This document shows, in pieces, positions 8,579 to 19,201 of a stretch of DNA of 64,000 bases. Both the position numbers and the translations under genes were made by a program. Source of the DNA: Chthoniobacterales bacterium (lineage in GTDB: Bacteria > Verrucomicrobiota > Verrucomicrobiia > Chthoniobacterales > UBA10450); assembly GCA_038198605.1 (NCBI GenBank), contig JBBPZS010000125.1, positions 19,362 through 83,361 on the forward strand. The letters run 5' to 3'. Position 1 is the first letter of the stretch; each line of letters begins with the position of its first letter. Under the pieces are notes generated by a model, which was not told where the DNA came from, did no database searches, and saw only the letters and a program-made list of their open reading frames with translations.

Positions 8579-9136
8579 ATGCACGAAAACACTGAATTCA
8601 CCACTTCTCGCGACCTCGAAGTCATCCAAATCCCGGCCGGCACCAAAACGACGATTCCGGCGGGCACGCCGGGTGTTGTCACCCAGACGCTGGGCGGCAG
8701 CTACACCATCGCCACTTACCAAGGTCTGGCTCGCGTCGCTGAAAAGGACCTCGACGCGCTCGGCCTGGAAAAGCCGGCGTCGGAGAACGGCGACAAACCG
8801 GATTCAGCGGGAATAGGCGGACCGGTCGATGAGAAGGCGGTCTGGGAGCAATTGAAGCAGTGCTTCGACCCGGAAATCCCGGTCAATATCGTCGACCTCG
8901 GTTTGGTCTACGATTGCAGCCTTGTGCAAAAGCCGGACGGCGGCACCAAGGTCGAAGTGAAGATGACGCTAACTGCACCGGGCTGCGGGATGGGCCCCGC
9001 CATCGCGAATGATGCCCAGAGCAAAATCCTCAGCATCGATGGCGTCGAAGAAGCGGACGTCCAGCTCGTCTGGGACCCGCCCTGGAACCAGAACATGATC
9101 AGTGAAGCCGGGCGGATGAAGCTCGGGATGATCTAG
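8579..9136 (+). CDS. SufT-like Fe-S assembly protein (DUF59/MIP18 domain)
   Basis: C-terminal DUF59 pattern (CFDPEIPVNIVDLGLVY...MTLTAPGCGMG) with an N-terminal extension like long SufT proteins. Confidence 0.7.
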   Translation: MHENTEFTTSRDLEVIQIPAGTKTTIPAGTPGVVTQTLGGSYTIATYQGLARVAEKDLDALGLEKPASENGDKPDSAGIGGPVDEKAVWEQLKQCFDPEIPVNIVDLGLVYDCSLVQKPDGGTKVEVKMTLTAPGCGMGPAIANDAQSKILSIDGVEEADVQLVWDPPWNQNMISEAGRMKLGMI

Positions 9137-9228
9137 TCGATCGACTCTTCCCCGAGATCTGCCGTTTCGGAGAAGGGAATCGGCTTTAGCATGCGGGTGC
9201 AGAGTGCTCCCTGTTCTCCCTCTCCCTA

Positions 9229-9951
9229 TTACAGGGGTCGCAGCGTTAGCCCGATGCAGAGATTGATATCCACCAACGGAACCAGAAGCGGATAGAAAGA
9301 CCTGTGCTCGACGCAAAAAAGGGCCTTTAACTCTTCCAGAACTTCTCGCGCTTGATTCACATGCTCCACTGCGATGAATGGTTCATAAGGAACACCGTAG
9401 CGCGCTTCGAACATTCGCTTGGACGTAAATTTGCGGCCAAGCGTGTAGCCAATTCCTCCCTCGCAAGGGATCACCACCAGCAAACGTCCGGTGCCTTTTC
9501 GTAAAAGCCGGCGCGCCTCTCGGAGAAACGCAGGCAGGTCAGGTAAATGCTCCAGCACGTGAATGGCAATAATCCGGTCAAACGCGCCATCGACGAAAGG
9601 CATCGTCTTCTGGCAGTCGAACCCGTGGACCACCACGGTGGGCCAATTTTCCCTTATCGTGTCCGCCATTTCCGGGCGGATCTCCAATGCGACATAGTTC
9701 TGCAATTGCTCCGGCCCGAGACTCTCGTACTGCAAGTGTTCTCCCAAGCCAGCGCCCACATCTAACGTCGACAAAAATCCGCCAGGACTATGTTGCGCGA
9801 CATAGCGATGGTTAAAACCGACCACCCCCGAAAACTTTGTGCGGTTTACCTCGTGAAAATACTTCATCCAATCGTCGCTGATCTCCATTTGCTCCGCGGT
9901 GAGCGCTGGAATCTCTTTCGGCCACTTGGAATCGGACCGTGGTGTCGTCAT
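9229..9951 (-). CDS. class I SAM-dependent methyltransferase
   Basis: Motif I-like LDVGAGLG and motif post-II FDRIIAIHVLEHL. Confidence 0.75.
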   Translation of the reverse strand: MTTPRSDSKWPKEIPALTAEQMEISDDWMKYFHEVNRTKFSGVVGFNHRYVAQHSPGGFLSTLDVGAGLGEHLQYESLGPEQLQNYVALEIRPEMADTIRENWPTVVVHGFDCQKTMPFVDGAFDRIIAIHVLEHLPDLPAFLREARRLLRKGTGRLLVVIPCEGGIGYTLGRKFTSKRMFEARYGVPYEPFIAVEHVNQAREVLEELKALFCVEHRSFYPLLVPLVDINLCIGLTLRPL

Positions 9952-10123
9952 ACGTTTACTCTAATGGCATACGCTACGGGGTGCGAACTGGATCGCTGAC
10001 AAGTCCCGGTGCGGTAGGGTCGTTGATCGCAGGCGCTGCTGAGCATCATTACCTACTAGCCCCGACCGCTGTTCATAAAAAGGCTTGGCAACTCCCAGAG
10101 GGACTTGATCAATAAGAGAATGA

Positions 10124-11800
10124 CCGGAACAACTGCACGTCGTCTTTTTCAGCTCGCATCTCGACGGAACCGTAACTTTTCTTCATGACTACTCAGATAT
10201 AGGAGTCATCTCCTTCCATCACAATGTGGATCGCGGCAAGAGAGGGCTGATTTTGGATGCCAATACCGCTACTCATCAGGAATCCCTCAACCTCGAAGTC
10301 GATATCGCCGGGAACGTGGTCAAGATGTGGGATATGGTCGACGTCATCTCCGAGGCAATGCGCGCGGGCGACGATAACCCGGATGATTTTATCGTGCCCT
10401 CCTCCGACGATTGGTTTCATAACAACGCGACGGCCTATAATCGGGCGGATGATTCTCTACTCATCTCGAGTCGGGAAAACTTTGTCATTTGCCTTGACTA
10501 CGAGAGTCTCGCGATCAAGTGGATCCTCGGCGATCCAACCAAGAAGTGGCATCAATTTCCTTCGCTGGCGCCATTCGCATTGGAGATGGCGCCGGGAAGC
10601 CTGCCGCCCATTGGCCAGCACGCGGTCTCGATCACCTATGATCAACATGTGATGGTCTTCGATGACGGAAAGGATAGTGACATCCAAATCCCGGTGGGGC
10701 AGATGCGTGATTACGCCAGCCCGCGCAAGTATCGGATCGATCTGGCTACGAAGACGGCGACGGAAGTGTGGAATTATGAGATGGACCAATCAATTCGTTC
10801 GGGTATCTACTCGGGAGTCTACGAAGATCAGCCGCTGAATTATCTCGTCGATTACGCGGATGTGAACGGGCCGGGTGCGCCGGTGCAGTATGCGGAGTTT
10901 GTGGGGTTGGACGCAGCCGGAGAGAAGATATTCCACTACCAATACCCCACCGTGTTTTGCATCACCGCGTTCAACGTGCTGCCGCTTCATCTGGAGAATA
11001 CCGCGTTTCCAACAGTCGGACCGCAGGCGCTTAACCTTTCGACCCGCGGCTTGGTTGAAACGGGCGATGGCTCGTTGATCGGCGGCTTTATCGTCACCGG
11101 CGACAATCCAAAGGAGGTCTTACTGCGAGCCCTCGGACCTTCTCTGGCCGACTCCGGCGTCTCCGGAGCTTTGGCTAACCCCAAGCTTGGCGTCTTTGAC
11201 TCCGCCGGCACACTTATCGCCGGGAATGACGACTGGCAGGACGATCCGGCTGCCTCGGAGATCACGGCCGCTGGCCTGGCGCCGCTGGATTCGTCGGAAG
11301 CAGCAACTCTTCTAACTCTCTCCCCGGCCGCCTATACCGTCGTGGTGACCGGAGAGGGCCACACGTCCGGAATCGGCCTGGTCGAGGTTTACGATCTTTC
11401 ACCCAATTCCGGCTCTCGTCTGGCCAACCTCAGCACCCGAGGATTTGTGGGCGAATCCGACTCCGTCCTCGTCAGTGGCTTCATCATCGGGGAAGTGGCG
11501 CAAAGCACCGTTATCTTGCGCGCACTGGGACCGTCGCTCGCGTCCGCCGGCGTAACCGAACCCTTGGGCGATCCCCTTCTCACTATCTTCGATGGCAACG
11601 GCGATTCCATCGCCGTCAATGACAATTGGCAGGAAGATCCCGGGGCGGATGAGATCAGCGGTAATGGCCTTGCCCCCACCGACGCCGCGGAATCTGCCAC
11701 CGTGCTTTTCCTACCGGCCGGCGCCTATACCGCGACTGTGCGGGGGGCGGATGCCGGGACCGGAGTGGGCTTGGTCGAGTTTTACGAACTCTCGGAATGA
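10124..11800 (+). pseudogene. 5'-truncated arylsulfotransferase-like paralog (no signal peptide or N-terminal domain)
   Basis: Homology to the three downstream paralogs starts mid-protein (LDGTVTFLHDYSDIGVISFHHNVDRGK). There is a stop at 10121 and no ATG. Upstream DNA shows only frame-shifted remnants. Confidence 0.65.
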
Positions 11801-11897
11801 GCGACAACAGTTCGTAACGACGGATTAAAACCTCGGAAACTTTTGCGTAAAATACACCTTGCATCTTCGAGGACGCAGCCTAAAAACAACATCGTAT

Positions 11898-14174
11898 ATG
11901 AAGCCTCGTTCACTGCTGCTTGTCCTTCTTTTCATTGGTGCTTTTGCGCACGGCGCGACCGCCACACAGGCGGATGACACAACGATCACGATCGATAGTC
12001 AGGCCGACGGGCCCACGGCACTTATCGTGCAACTCACCTTAAGCGCGAGCGACACGACCTTCCTGAGAGGGATCCATTTCACCGTCGCCTCGAAACCCGG
12101 CTCGGTGGTCCGTCCTTTCTCGCAAAACTTTTCTGCCAGTTACCTCACGAGCCACGGATACCTCGACGCGGCCGCCGGGAAGATCTACCTACCGGTCTAC
12201 GGCCTGTATGCCGAGTACGACAACTCCGTAACACTGACTTACGATTTTTTCGATGGTTCGTTGAAAGAAGACACTACTACCATTCCGACCGGAAGCTTTA
12301 CGGATCTCTGCGGCATCAGCACGCCGACCGTGCTCAAAGCCAGGACCGACACGACGGACCTGAGTTATGACTATATGTTAGTCCGTGGCGCCTGCGGCAG
12401 CGGCAGTGGGATCTCGCCCGTTATCGTCGACACTGATGGGGCAGTCCGCTGGATCAGTCCTTTTGCCACCGACGGGATCCTGACCGCGGCTTCGACCTTT
12501 TTCGATCACGCGGTTTATATCACTGAAGGCAGCACCTTGAACCGGGTGGATTTGGATGGAACGATTACGCCCGTGGCCGATTATGCCAGTTTGGGCGTCA
12601 TCAACTTTCACCACGAGATCGACCCGGGTAGCACGGGGATGATCCTGGACGCGGACACCGATACCTACTTCGAGACGATTAACATGGAAGTCGATGGGGC
12701 CGGCACGGTCATCAAGACGTGGAACCTGGCGGACATTATCAGCGCAGCCATGACCGCCGACGGGGACGATCCGAGCCAGTTCGTTTATCCTACGCCGACC
12801 GATTGGTTTCATAACAACAGCACCGCCTATCGCCTGTCGGATAATTCACTCGTCGTCTCCAGCCGCGAAGATTTTGTCATCGCGGTGGATTACAACACCG
12901 ATGTGATCAAGTGGATTTTGGGAGATACAACCAAGAAATGGTATGAGTTTCCCTCGCTTCAAAAATACTCCCTCGACCTAGGGCCCGATACTCTCCCGCC
13001 CATTGGCCAGCACTCTCTCTCTTTCACCTACGACGACAATCTTCTCCTGATGGACAACGGACGGAACAGCCAGTTCCAGACGCCGATGGGAATCAATCGC
13101 GACTACAGCAGCCCGCGAAAATATGTACTTAACCTCCCCGACATGCTCGCCACCGAGGTCTGGAATTACCCTCAGGGCGAGAGCATTTACAGCCAGTTCT
13201 GCGGCAGCATTTACGAGGATGCTCCACTAAATTACCTGATCGACTACGCGTTCATCACGGAAGGCGACCTGCCCACCACCGCACAGCTTGTCGGCTTGGA
13301 TGCGGCTGGTGATCAGGTCTTCGACTACGAATATCCTACTGGCGGTTGCAATACGGCCTACAACTCGGTTCCGCTGCATGCCGAACAGTTCTCTCTTTCC
13401 ACCGCCGCTCAGGCCCTGAATATTTCCACCCGCGGGACCGTCTTGGGCGGTGATAACGTTCTCATCGGCGGCTTCATCGTGACCGGTTTCGCCCCGAAAG
13501 ACATCGTCCTGCGCGCCATCGGGCCTTCGCTGGATGACCTCGGGGTGAGCGGCAGCCTTCCGAACCCGGTCTTAACTCTCTACGATTCGACCGGAGCGAT
13601 CGTGGCGAGCAACGATGATTGGGCCAACAACGCCTCGGCCACCACCATCCAGTTAAACGGGCTTGCGCCCGGCAACGCGCGGGAGGCAGCTATCCTGCAG
13701 AACCTTGCTCCCGGGGCCTACACCGTCGTGGTCAGCAGCGCGGATGACCAAACCGGCGTGGCCTTGGTCGAGGCCTACGATCTCTCACGCAATTCAAACT
13801 CGGATCTGGGCAACCTCAGCACCCGCGGTTTCGTCGGAACCGGCGACAATGTTCTGATTGGCGGTTTTATTGTCGGGAGCCGCAATAACGCCAACGTCGT
13901 TCTGCGTGCCATCGGTCCATCGCTTGGCGTGGCCGACTCTCTCACCGATCCGAAACTCACGCTCTACGATAGCAACGGCACTGAGATCGGCGGTAACGAT
14001 AACTGGCAGGACGATCCGGAAGCCAGCGAACTCGAGTTGCAAGGGCTCGCTCCTCTTGACCCGGCAGAAGCGGCGACCTTGACCACTTTAGTGCCTGGCT
14101 CCTATACCGCGGTGGTGCAAGCCGCGGACGGCGGGACCGGCATTGGCCTGATTGAAATCTATAATTTGCCCTAA
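11898..14174 (+). CDS. secreted arylsulfotransferase (ASST)-like beta-propeller protein with two C-terminal ~110-aa repeat domains
   Basis: Signal peptide MKPRSLLLVLLFIGAFAHG; ASST-like block DWFHNN..Y...D..VVSSREDFV..VDY.T..IKWILGD; twin C-terminal NISTRG...GPSL...NDDW...AYT.VV domains. Confidence 0.75.
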   Translation: MKPRSLLLVLLFIGAFAHGATATQADDTTITIDSQADGPTALIVQLTLSASDTTFLRGIHFTVASKPGSVVRPFSQNFSASYLTSHGYLDAAAGKIYLPVYGLYAEYDNSVTLTYDFFDGSLKEDTTTIPTGSFTDLCGISTPTVLKARTDTTDLSYDYMLVRGACGSGSGISPVIVDTDGAVRWISPFATDGILTAASTFFDHAVYITEGSTLNRVDLDGTITPVADYASLGVINFHHEIDPGSTGMILDADTDTYFETINMEVDGAGTVIKTWNLADIISAAMTADGDDPSQFVYPTPTDWFHNNSTAYRLSDNSLVVSSREDFVIAVDYNTDVIKWILGDTTKKWYEFPSLQKYSLDLGPDTLPPIGQHSLSFTYDDNLLLMDNGRNSQFQTPMGINRDYSSPRKYVLNLPDMLATEVWNYPQGESIYSQFCGSIYEDAPLNYLIDYAFITEGDLPTTAQLVGLDAAGDQVFDYEYPTGGCNTAYNSVPLHAEQFSLSTAAQALNISTRGTVLGGDNVLIGGFIVTGFAPKDIVLRAIGPSLDDLGVSGSLPNPVLTLYDSTGAIVASNDDWANNASATTIQLNGLAPGNAREAAILQNLAPGAYTVVVSSADDQTGVALVEAYDLSRNSNSDLGNLSTRGFVGTGDNVLIGGFIVGSRNNANVVLRAIGPSLGVADSLTDPKLTLYDSNGTEIGGNDNWQDDPEASELELQGLAPLDPAEAATLTTLVPGSYTAVVQAADGGTGIGLIEIYNLP

Positions 14175-14200
14175 CCAACCACCCTGAGAACCACCTACTT

Positions 14201-16495
14201 ATGAGAACCATCAGCCGCCTGTTCATTGCCGCTTCTCTGATTATCTCTTCTCATCTCGCCTTGGCTACACAGGCTGATGACACCACGATCACAATTACCG
14301 GAGACGCAGCCGGGGCGACGCCGTTCATTAGCCAGCTCACCCTCAATGCCAGCGACACAACGGTAATGAAGCGGATCCAATTCTCGATCGAACCTAAAAC
14401 TGGATCAGTCACGCGACCCCTCGCTGCCAGCTATTCAAACGAGTATTTGACGGAACGCGGCTATCTCGACTCCGCCAGCGGCGATATTTTCCTCCCGGTC
14501 TGGGGTCTCTATTCCGATTTCTCCAACACCGTCACGGTGACCTACTACTTTAACGATGGTTCGTCCAAACAAGACTCGACCACGATCTCGACCGACTCCT
14601 TCACTCATCCCTGCGACCTGGATAACCCCACCGTGCTCCAGGCGCGCACAGATACCACCACCCTTAGCTACGATTTTATGCTTGTGAAGGGCGGCTGTGG
14701 CGGCGGCTTTACTCCGGTCATCATCGATACAGATGGCGCCTTGCGCTGGGCCAGCCCGGCCGGCTTTTCCGTTATTCCAGCCACTTTCTTCGATAATGCG
14801 ATCTATCAAACCAGTGACACGTCCCTGTATCGGGTCGAGCTCGATGGTACGATCACCTTGATCCATGACTACGCCGATATCGGCGCCACCTTCCTCCATC
14901 ATAACATCGACCGCGGCAAGGTAGGACTGTTGCTGGATTTGGACACGGCCGATCAAATCGAAGCCGTCAACATAGAGGTTGATGGTGCGGGTAATGTCAT
15001 TAAGACGTGGGATCTCTCCCAGATCATCAGCGACGCGATGACCGCCGGTGGAGACGACCCGAGTCAGTTCGTCTATGCGGCGCCGACCGATTGGTTTCAC
15101 AATAACGCCACCACTTACAACCGGGCTACTGACACTTTTATTGTTTCCAGCCGGGAAAACTTTGTCGTCGGAATCGATTACGAGACTGATCAGATAAAGT
15201 GGATCCTTGGAGACACGACCAAACACTGGTATGAGTTTCCTTCCCTCGCTCAGTTTTCCCTTGATCTCGCGGCCGATACTTTGCCGCCAATCGGCCAGCA
15301 CGCTCTCTCCATCTCCTACGATCAGCATCTTCTCCTGATGGATAATGGTTATAACAGCATCTTCCAGATGCCGCAGGGTCTGAACCGTGGTTATGCCAGC
15401 CCGCGCAAGTATCGTTTGGACTTGGACTCCAACCTCGCGACGGAGGTTTGGAACTACGAAATGGACCAGACGATTCTCTCCCCGATCTGCAGCAGCGTTT
15501 ATGAAGACGCGCCGCTTAACTATGTCATCGATTATGCCTTCGTCGGAGGCTTCGCGGCCACGACACCTTTCGCGCAACTGCTGGGTCTGGATGCGGCCGG
15601 CGATAAGATTTTCTATTACCAGTACCCGACTCGTTTCTGCGACACGGCCTATAATTCGATCCCTCTCCATCTCGAGAGCATCAACTTCCCGACGGTCTCG
15701 GCGCGTAACCTCAATATCTCGACCCGCGGCAATGTCGGACCGGGGGACGACGCCCTGATTGGCGGCTTCATCGTCACCGGAACCGAACCGCAGACGATTA
15801 TCTTCCGCGCCTTGGGGCCTTCACTCGGGATGACAGTGGGAAATTCTCCCACCCTGGCCGATCCCAGCCTGACAATTTACGACTCCAACGGGGCTGAGAT
15901 TGCCAGCAACGACGATTGGGAATCCGATCCCGGCGCGACGCAGATCACTGAAGATGGTTTTGCGCCGCAGGATTCGGCCGAAGCGGCCACTGTCCAGACG
16001 CTCGATCCTGGTGCCTATACTTTTGTCGTTAGGGGGAAAGACGAAACTCCCGGCATCGCGTTGGTCGAGGCCTACGACTTATCGCCTTTGGTTGATTCCA
16101 AGCTCGCAAACATCAGCACGCGCGGCCTCGTCGGCACAGGCGACAATGTCCTGATCAGCGGCTTCATCGTTGGCGAGGTTGATAGCACAACCGTCGTCCT
16201 GCGCGCCATCGGGCCTTCGCTTGCGGCGACCGGAATCGCCGCTCCGCTGGCAGATCCGAGCCTGGAGGTCTTCGACGCTAACGGCACTTCGATCGCGACG
16301 AACGACAACTGGCAGGATGACCTAAGCGCCAGCGACATCGAACAGAACGGCTTCGCCCCGAGCGATGCCGCTGAATCCGCCACCCTGCTTCATCTGCCGG
16401 CCGGTGCCTACACCACCATCGTCAGCTCGAGCAGTGGCGCTGACACCGGCATCGGCCTGGTGGAATTTTACGACCTCCAGGCACCAGCCGACTAA
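14201..16495 (+). CDS. secreted ASST-like protein, paralog 3
   Basis: Same architecture as 11898-14174. Signal peptide followed by ATQADDTTITITG. Confidence 0.75.
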   Translation: MRTISRLFIAASLIISSHLALATQADDTTITITGDAAGATPFISQLTLNASDTTVMKRIQFSIEPKTGSVTRPLAASYSNEYLTERGYLDSASGDIFLPVWGLYSDFSNTVTVTYYFNDGSSKQDSTTISTDSFTHPCDLDNPTVLQARTDTTTLSYDFMLVKGGCGGGFTPVIIDTDGALRWASPAGFSVIPATFFDNAIYQTSDTSLYRVELDGTITLIHDYADIGATFLHHNIDRGKVGLLLDLDTADQIEAVNIEVDGAGNVIKTWDLSQIISDAMTAGGDDPSQFVYAAPTDWFHNNATTYNRATDTFIVSSRENFVVGIDYETDQIKWILGDTTKHWYEFPSLAQFSLDLAADTLPPIGQHALSISYDQHLLLMDNGYNSIFQMPQGLNRGYASPRKYRLDLDSNLATEVWNYEMDQTILSPICSSVYEDAPLNYVIDYAFVGGFAATTPFAQLLGLDAAGDKIFYYQYPTRFCDTAYNSIPLHLESINFPTVSARNLNISTRGNVGPGDDALIGGFIVTGTEPQTIIFRALGPSLGMTVGNSPTLADPSLTIYDSNGAEIASNDDWESDPGATQITEDGFAPQDSAEAATVQTLDPGAYTFVVRGKDETPGIALVEAYDLSPLVDSKLANISTRGLVGTGDNVLISGFIVGEVDSTTVVLRAIGPSLAATGIAAPLADPSLEVFDANGTSIATNDNWQDDLSASDIEQNGFAPSDAAESATLLHLPAGAYTTIVSSSSGADTGIGLVEFYDLQAPAD

Positions 16496-16751
16496 ACTCC
16501 CGATTGGGCAGATCCGTGCTGCGCGATGTGATGGATACAACGGGAGCCGCGGTTTTATGGCGCGCCAAGCGGCTGATGCTTGCGCCCTGCCAAATTGTCA
16601 GTTTCAGCTGGTTCTCTTCCGTCCGCTTTACGTTCCGGAAACGCGCACAAAAAAAAGGTTCCGGATTTTGCATTTTTTCTTTGAGTCCCTCTGCTCTTCT
16701 GTCATGTTGCGGATCGTCCAAGAAAAGTGTCCCTGAAAATACAAAAGGCTT

Positions 16752-19058
16752 ATGAAATCACGTCTCCTATTCACCGTTGTCGGTCTCGTGTCTCTTCTCG
16801 CCCGAGGCGCGTTTGCGACCCAGGCAGATGACACCACCATTACAATTACCGGTCAAAGCGCGGGCCCGACTCCTTTTATCAGTCAACTGACGCTCACGGC
16901 GAGCGATACGAGTGTAATCAAGAGCATACAGTTCACGATTGCGCCCAAGGCCGGCGCCGTGGCCCTGCCATTGTCCGGCACCTATGCCCAGGATTACCTG
17001 GTCAGCCGCGGTTATCTGGTCCCGCCAAGCACCGATATTTTTGTGCCCGTTTACGGCCTCTACGACGATTACGTCAACGCCATCACGCTCACCTACCACT
17101 TTCTCGATGGCTCGTCCAAGACGGATACCACGACAATCACCACTACTGCCTTCGACGACCAGGGGTGCGGCTACAAGAGTCCGATGGTTCTGCAAGCCAG
17201 GACGGATAGCACCGATTTGAGTTACGACTATATCTTTGTGAGGTCGGGATGCGGCGACTTCTCGCCTGTGATTCTCGATACGGACGGAGCCCTCCGCTGG
17301 GTCAGCACGATGGGCATCCCCAGCGCCCTTACCGCTTCCTCTATCTTTTTTAACGGCGCGGCCTACGTGACGAGCGGCACCACCCTGAGCCGAGTGGACC
17401 TCGACGGCACCATTACCACGTTGGGAGACTACAGCGGGGACGGGGTTGTAAATTTCCATCACAACATCGACCCAGGCAAAACGGGTCTCCTGCTCGAAGC
17501 AGATACCAGCGAATTCTATGAATCCGTTATCATGGAAGTGGATTTTTCTGGCGCCGTGCTTAAGACTTGGAAATTGGCCGATAGCATCAGTGCGGCCATG
17601 ACGGCGGGAGGCGACGATCCCAGTCAGTTCGTTTATCCGGCACCGACCGACTGGTTTCACAATAACGCAGTTACTTACAACAAGGCGGATGATTCCATAA
17701 TCGTTTCCAGCCGGGAAAACTTTGTCGTCGCCATTGATTATTCGACCGGTTCGGTCAAGTGGATCCTGGGAGATACCACAAAGCACTGGTATCAATTCCC
17801 TTCGTTGGCAAATTTCGCACTGGCGCTGGCGCCCGATACTCTGCCGCCAATTGGCCAGCATGCTCTTTCTATCACCTTCGATCAGGATCTGCTGCTTTTC
17901 GACAATGGCTTCTTTAGCACCTTTCAGATGCCGCCCGGAATCAACCGCACTTATTCCAGCCCGCGCAAGTATCAGTTGAATTTGACTGATCCAAGTGTCG
18001 GCGGCAACCCAGGCACAGCGGCGGAAGTGTGGAACTACGAGCAGAATCAGACAGTCTATAGCCCTATCTGCAGCAGTATCTATGAAGACGCGCCACTGAA
18101 CTACCTGATCGATTACGCATTTGTGGGTGGATTCACTGCCATGCCGCCTTATGCGCAGCTTCTCGGTCTGAATGCCGCTGGTGAGACCGCCTTCTATTAC
18201 CAATATCCGACCAATTTCTGTGACACTGCCTACAATGCACTGCCAATCCACCTTGAGAACACTGCCTACCCAATCATTGCCGCCCGGCCGCTCAATATTT
18301 CCACCCGTGGCAATGTTGGCCCCGGAGATGACGCGCTGATTGGCGGGTTCATCGTCTCGGGATCTGACTCAAAGAAAGTAGCGCTGCGCCTCCTGGGGCC
18401 CTCACTCAACATCTCCTACCTAACGAAGTATTTGGCCGATCCCGTCATAACTTTACATGATTCTACTGGAGCGGTCATCGCGACCAATGACAATTGGCAG
18501 GACGATGTCGGTGCCGCCGAGCTTACCGCCAACGGGCTGGCCCCGAAAGACCCCTCTGAGGCGGCTACGATCCAGACTCTTGCCCCCGGTGCCTACACCG
18601 TGGTGGGAACCGGTAAAGGCGCGGATGTAGGCATTGCCTTGGTGGAGGTTTACGATCTTTCGCCGGAAGTCGATGCCAAGCTGGCTAACATTAGCACCCG
18701 TGGAAACGTCGGGACCGGTGATAGCGTGCTAATTCCTGGTTTTATCGTGGGCGATATGGAAAAGACCACCGTTATCGTTCGCGCCATTGGCCCTTCTCTC
18801 TCGGCCTCTGGCGTGGCCAATCCTTTGGCTGACCCCACACTTACGGTTTACGATAGTAACGGCGCGGCGCTCGCCTCAAACAACGACTGGCAGGATGGCG
18901 TCTATGCCAACGATATCAGCAGCATTGGACTTGCGCCGACAGATCCCCTTGAATCTGCCATCATTCTCCATTTGCCCGCCGGGGCCTACACCGCCATCGT
19001 CAGCGGGGCGAACGGCGAAACGGGGCTAGGGTTGGTCGAAGTCTATGACCTTCAATGA
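16752..19058 (+). CDS. secreted ASST-like protein, paralog 4
   Basis: Same architecture as the other paralogs. Signal peptide followed by ATQADDTTITITG. Confidence 0.75.
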   Translation: MKSRLLFTVVGLVSLLARGAFATQADDTTITITGQSAGPTPFISQLTLTASDTSVIKSIQFTIAPKAGAVALPLSGTYAQDYLVSRGYLVPPSTDIFVPVYGLYDDYVNAITLTYHFLDGSSKTDTTTITTTAFDDQGCGYKSPMVLQARTDSTDLSYDYIFVRSGCGDFSPVILDTDGALRWVSTMGIPSALTASSIFFNGAAYVTSGTTLSRVDLDGTITTLGDYSGDGVVNFHHNIDPGKTGLLLEADTSEFYESVIMEVDFSGAVLKTWKLADSISAAMTAGGDDPSQFVYPAPTDWFHNNAVTYNKADDSIIVSSRENFVVAIDYSTGSVKWILGDTTKHWYQFPSLANFALALAPDTLPPIGQHALSITFDQDLLLFDNGFFSTFQMPPGINRTYSSPRKYQLNLTDPSVGGNPGTAAEVWNYEQNQTVYSPICSSIYEDAPLNYLIDYAFVGGFTAMPPYAQLLGLNAAGETAFYYQYPTNFCDTAYNALPIHLENTAYPIIAARPLNISTRGNVGPGDDALIGGFIVSGSDSKKVALRLLGPSLNISYLTKYLADPVITLHDSTGAVIATNDNWQDDVGAAELTANGLAPKDPSEAATIQTLAPGAYTVVGTGKGADVGIALVEVYDLSPEVDAKLANISTRGNVGTGDSVLIPGFIVGDMEKTTVIVRAIGPSLSASGVANPLADPTLTVYDSNGAALASNNDWQDGVYANDISSIGLAPTDPLESAIILHLPAGAYTAIVSGANGETGLGLVEVYDLQ

Positions 19059-19112
19059 GATAATCCGCGCGTCGAACCGCTATCTTCGCTCGGAGGAAAT
19101 ATGGTTCCTTCG

Positions 19113-19140
19113 TTGACACAAGCCGGTCACGTTTTATAGT
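19113..19140 (+). promoter_or_regulatory. candidate sigma70-type promoter for rplI-dnaB
   Basis: TTGACA at 19113-19118, a 16-nt spacer, then TATAGT at 19135-19140, about 60 nt upstream of the rplI ATG. Confidence 0.3.
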
Positions 19141-19201
19141 CGCACCCGCGTCGCCCTCTTTCGGGCGGATGATTCGCGCCAACTACGACCGCCTAATTCT
19201 C

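Noticed and set aside
12378-18251. Long minus-strand ORFs inside the ASST-like genes (12378-12812, 14435-15670, 16767-18251).
   Set aside because: They are antisense shadows of well-supported plus-strand genes. Their translations are low-complexity with no motifs, and the plus-strand products are mutually homologous along their whole length.
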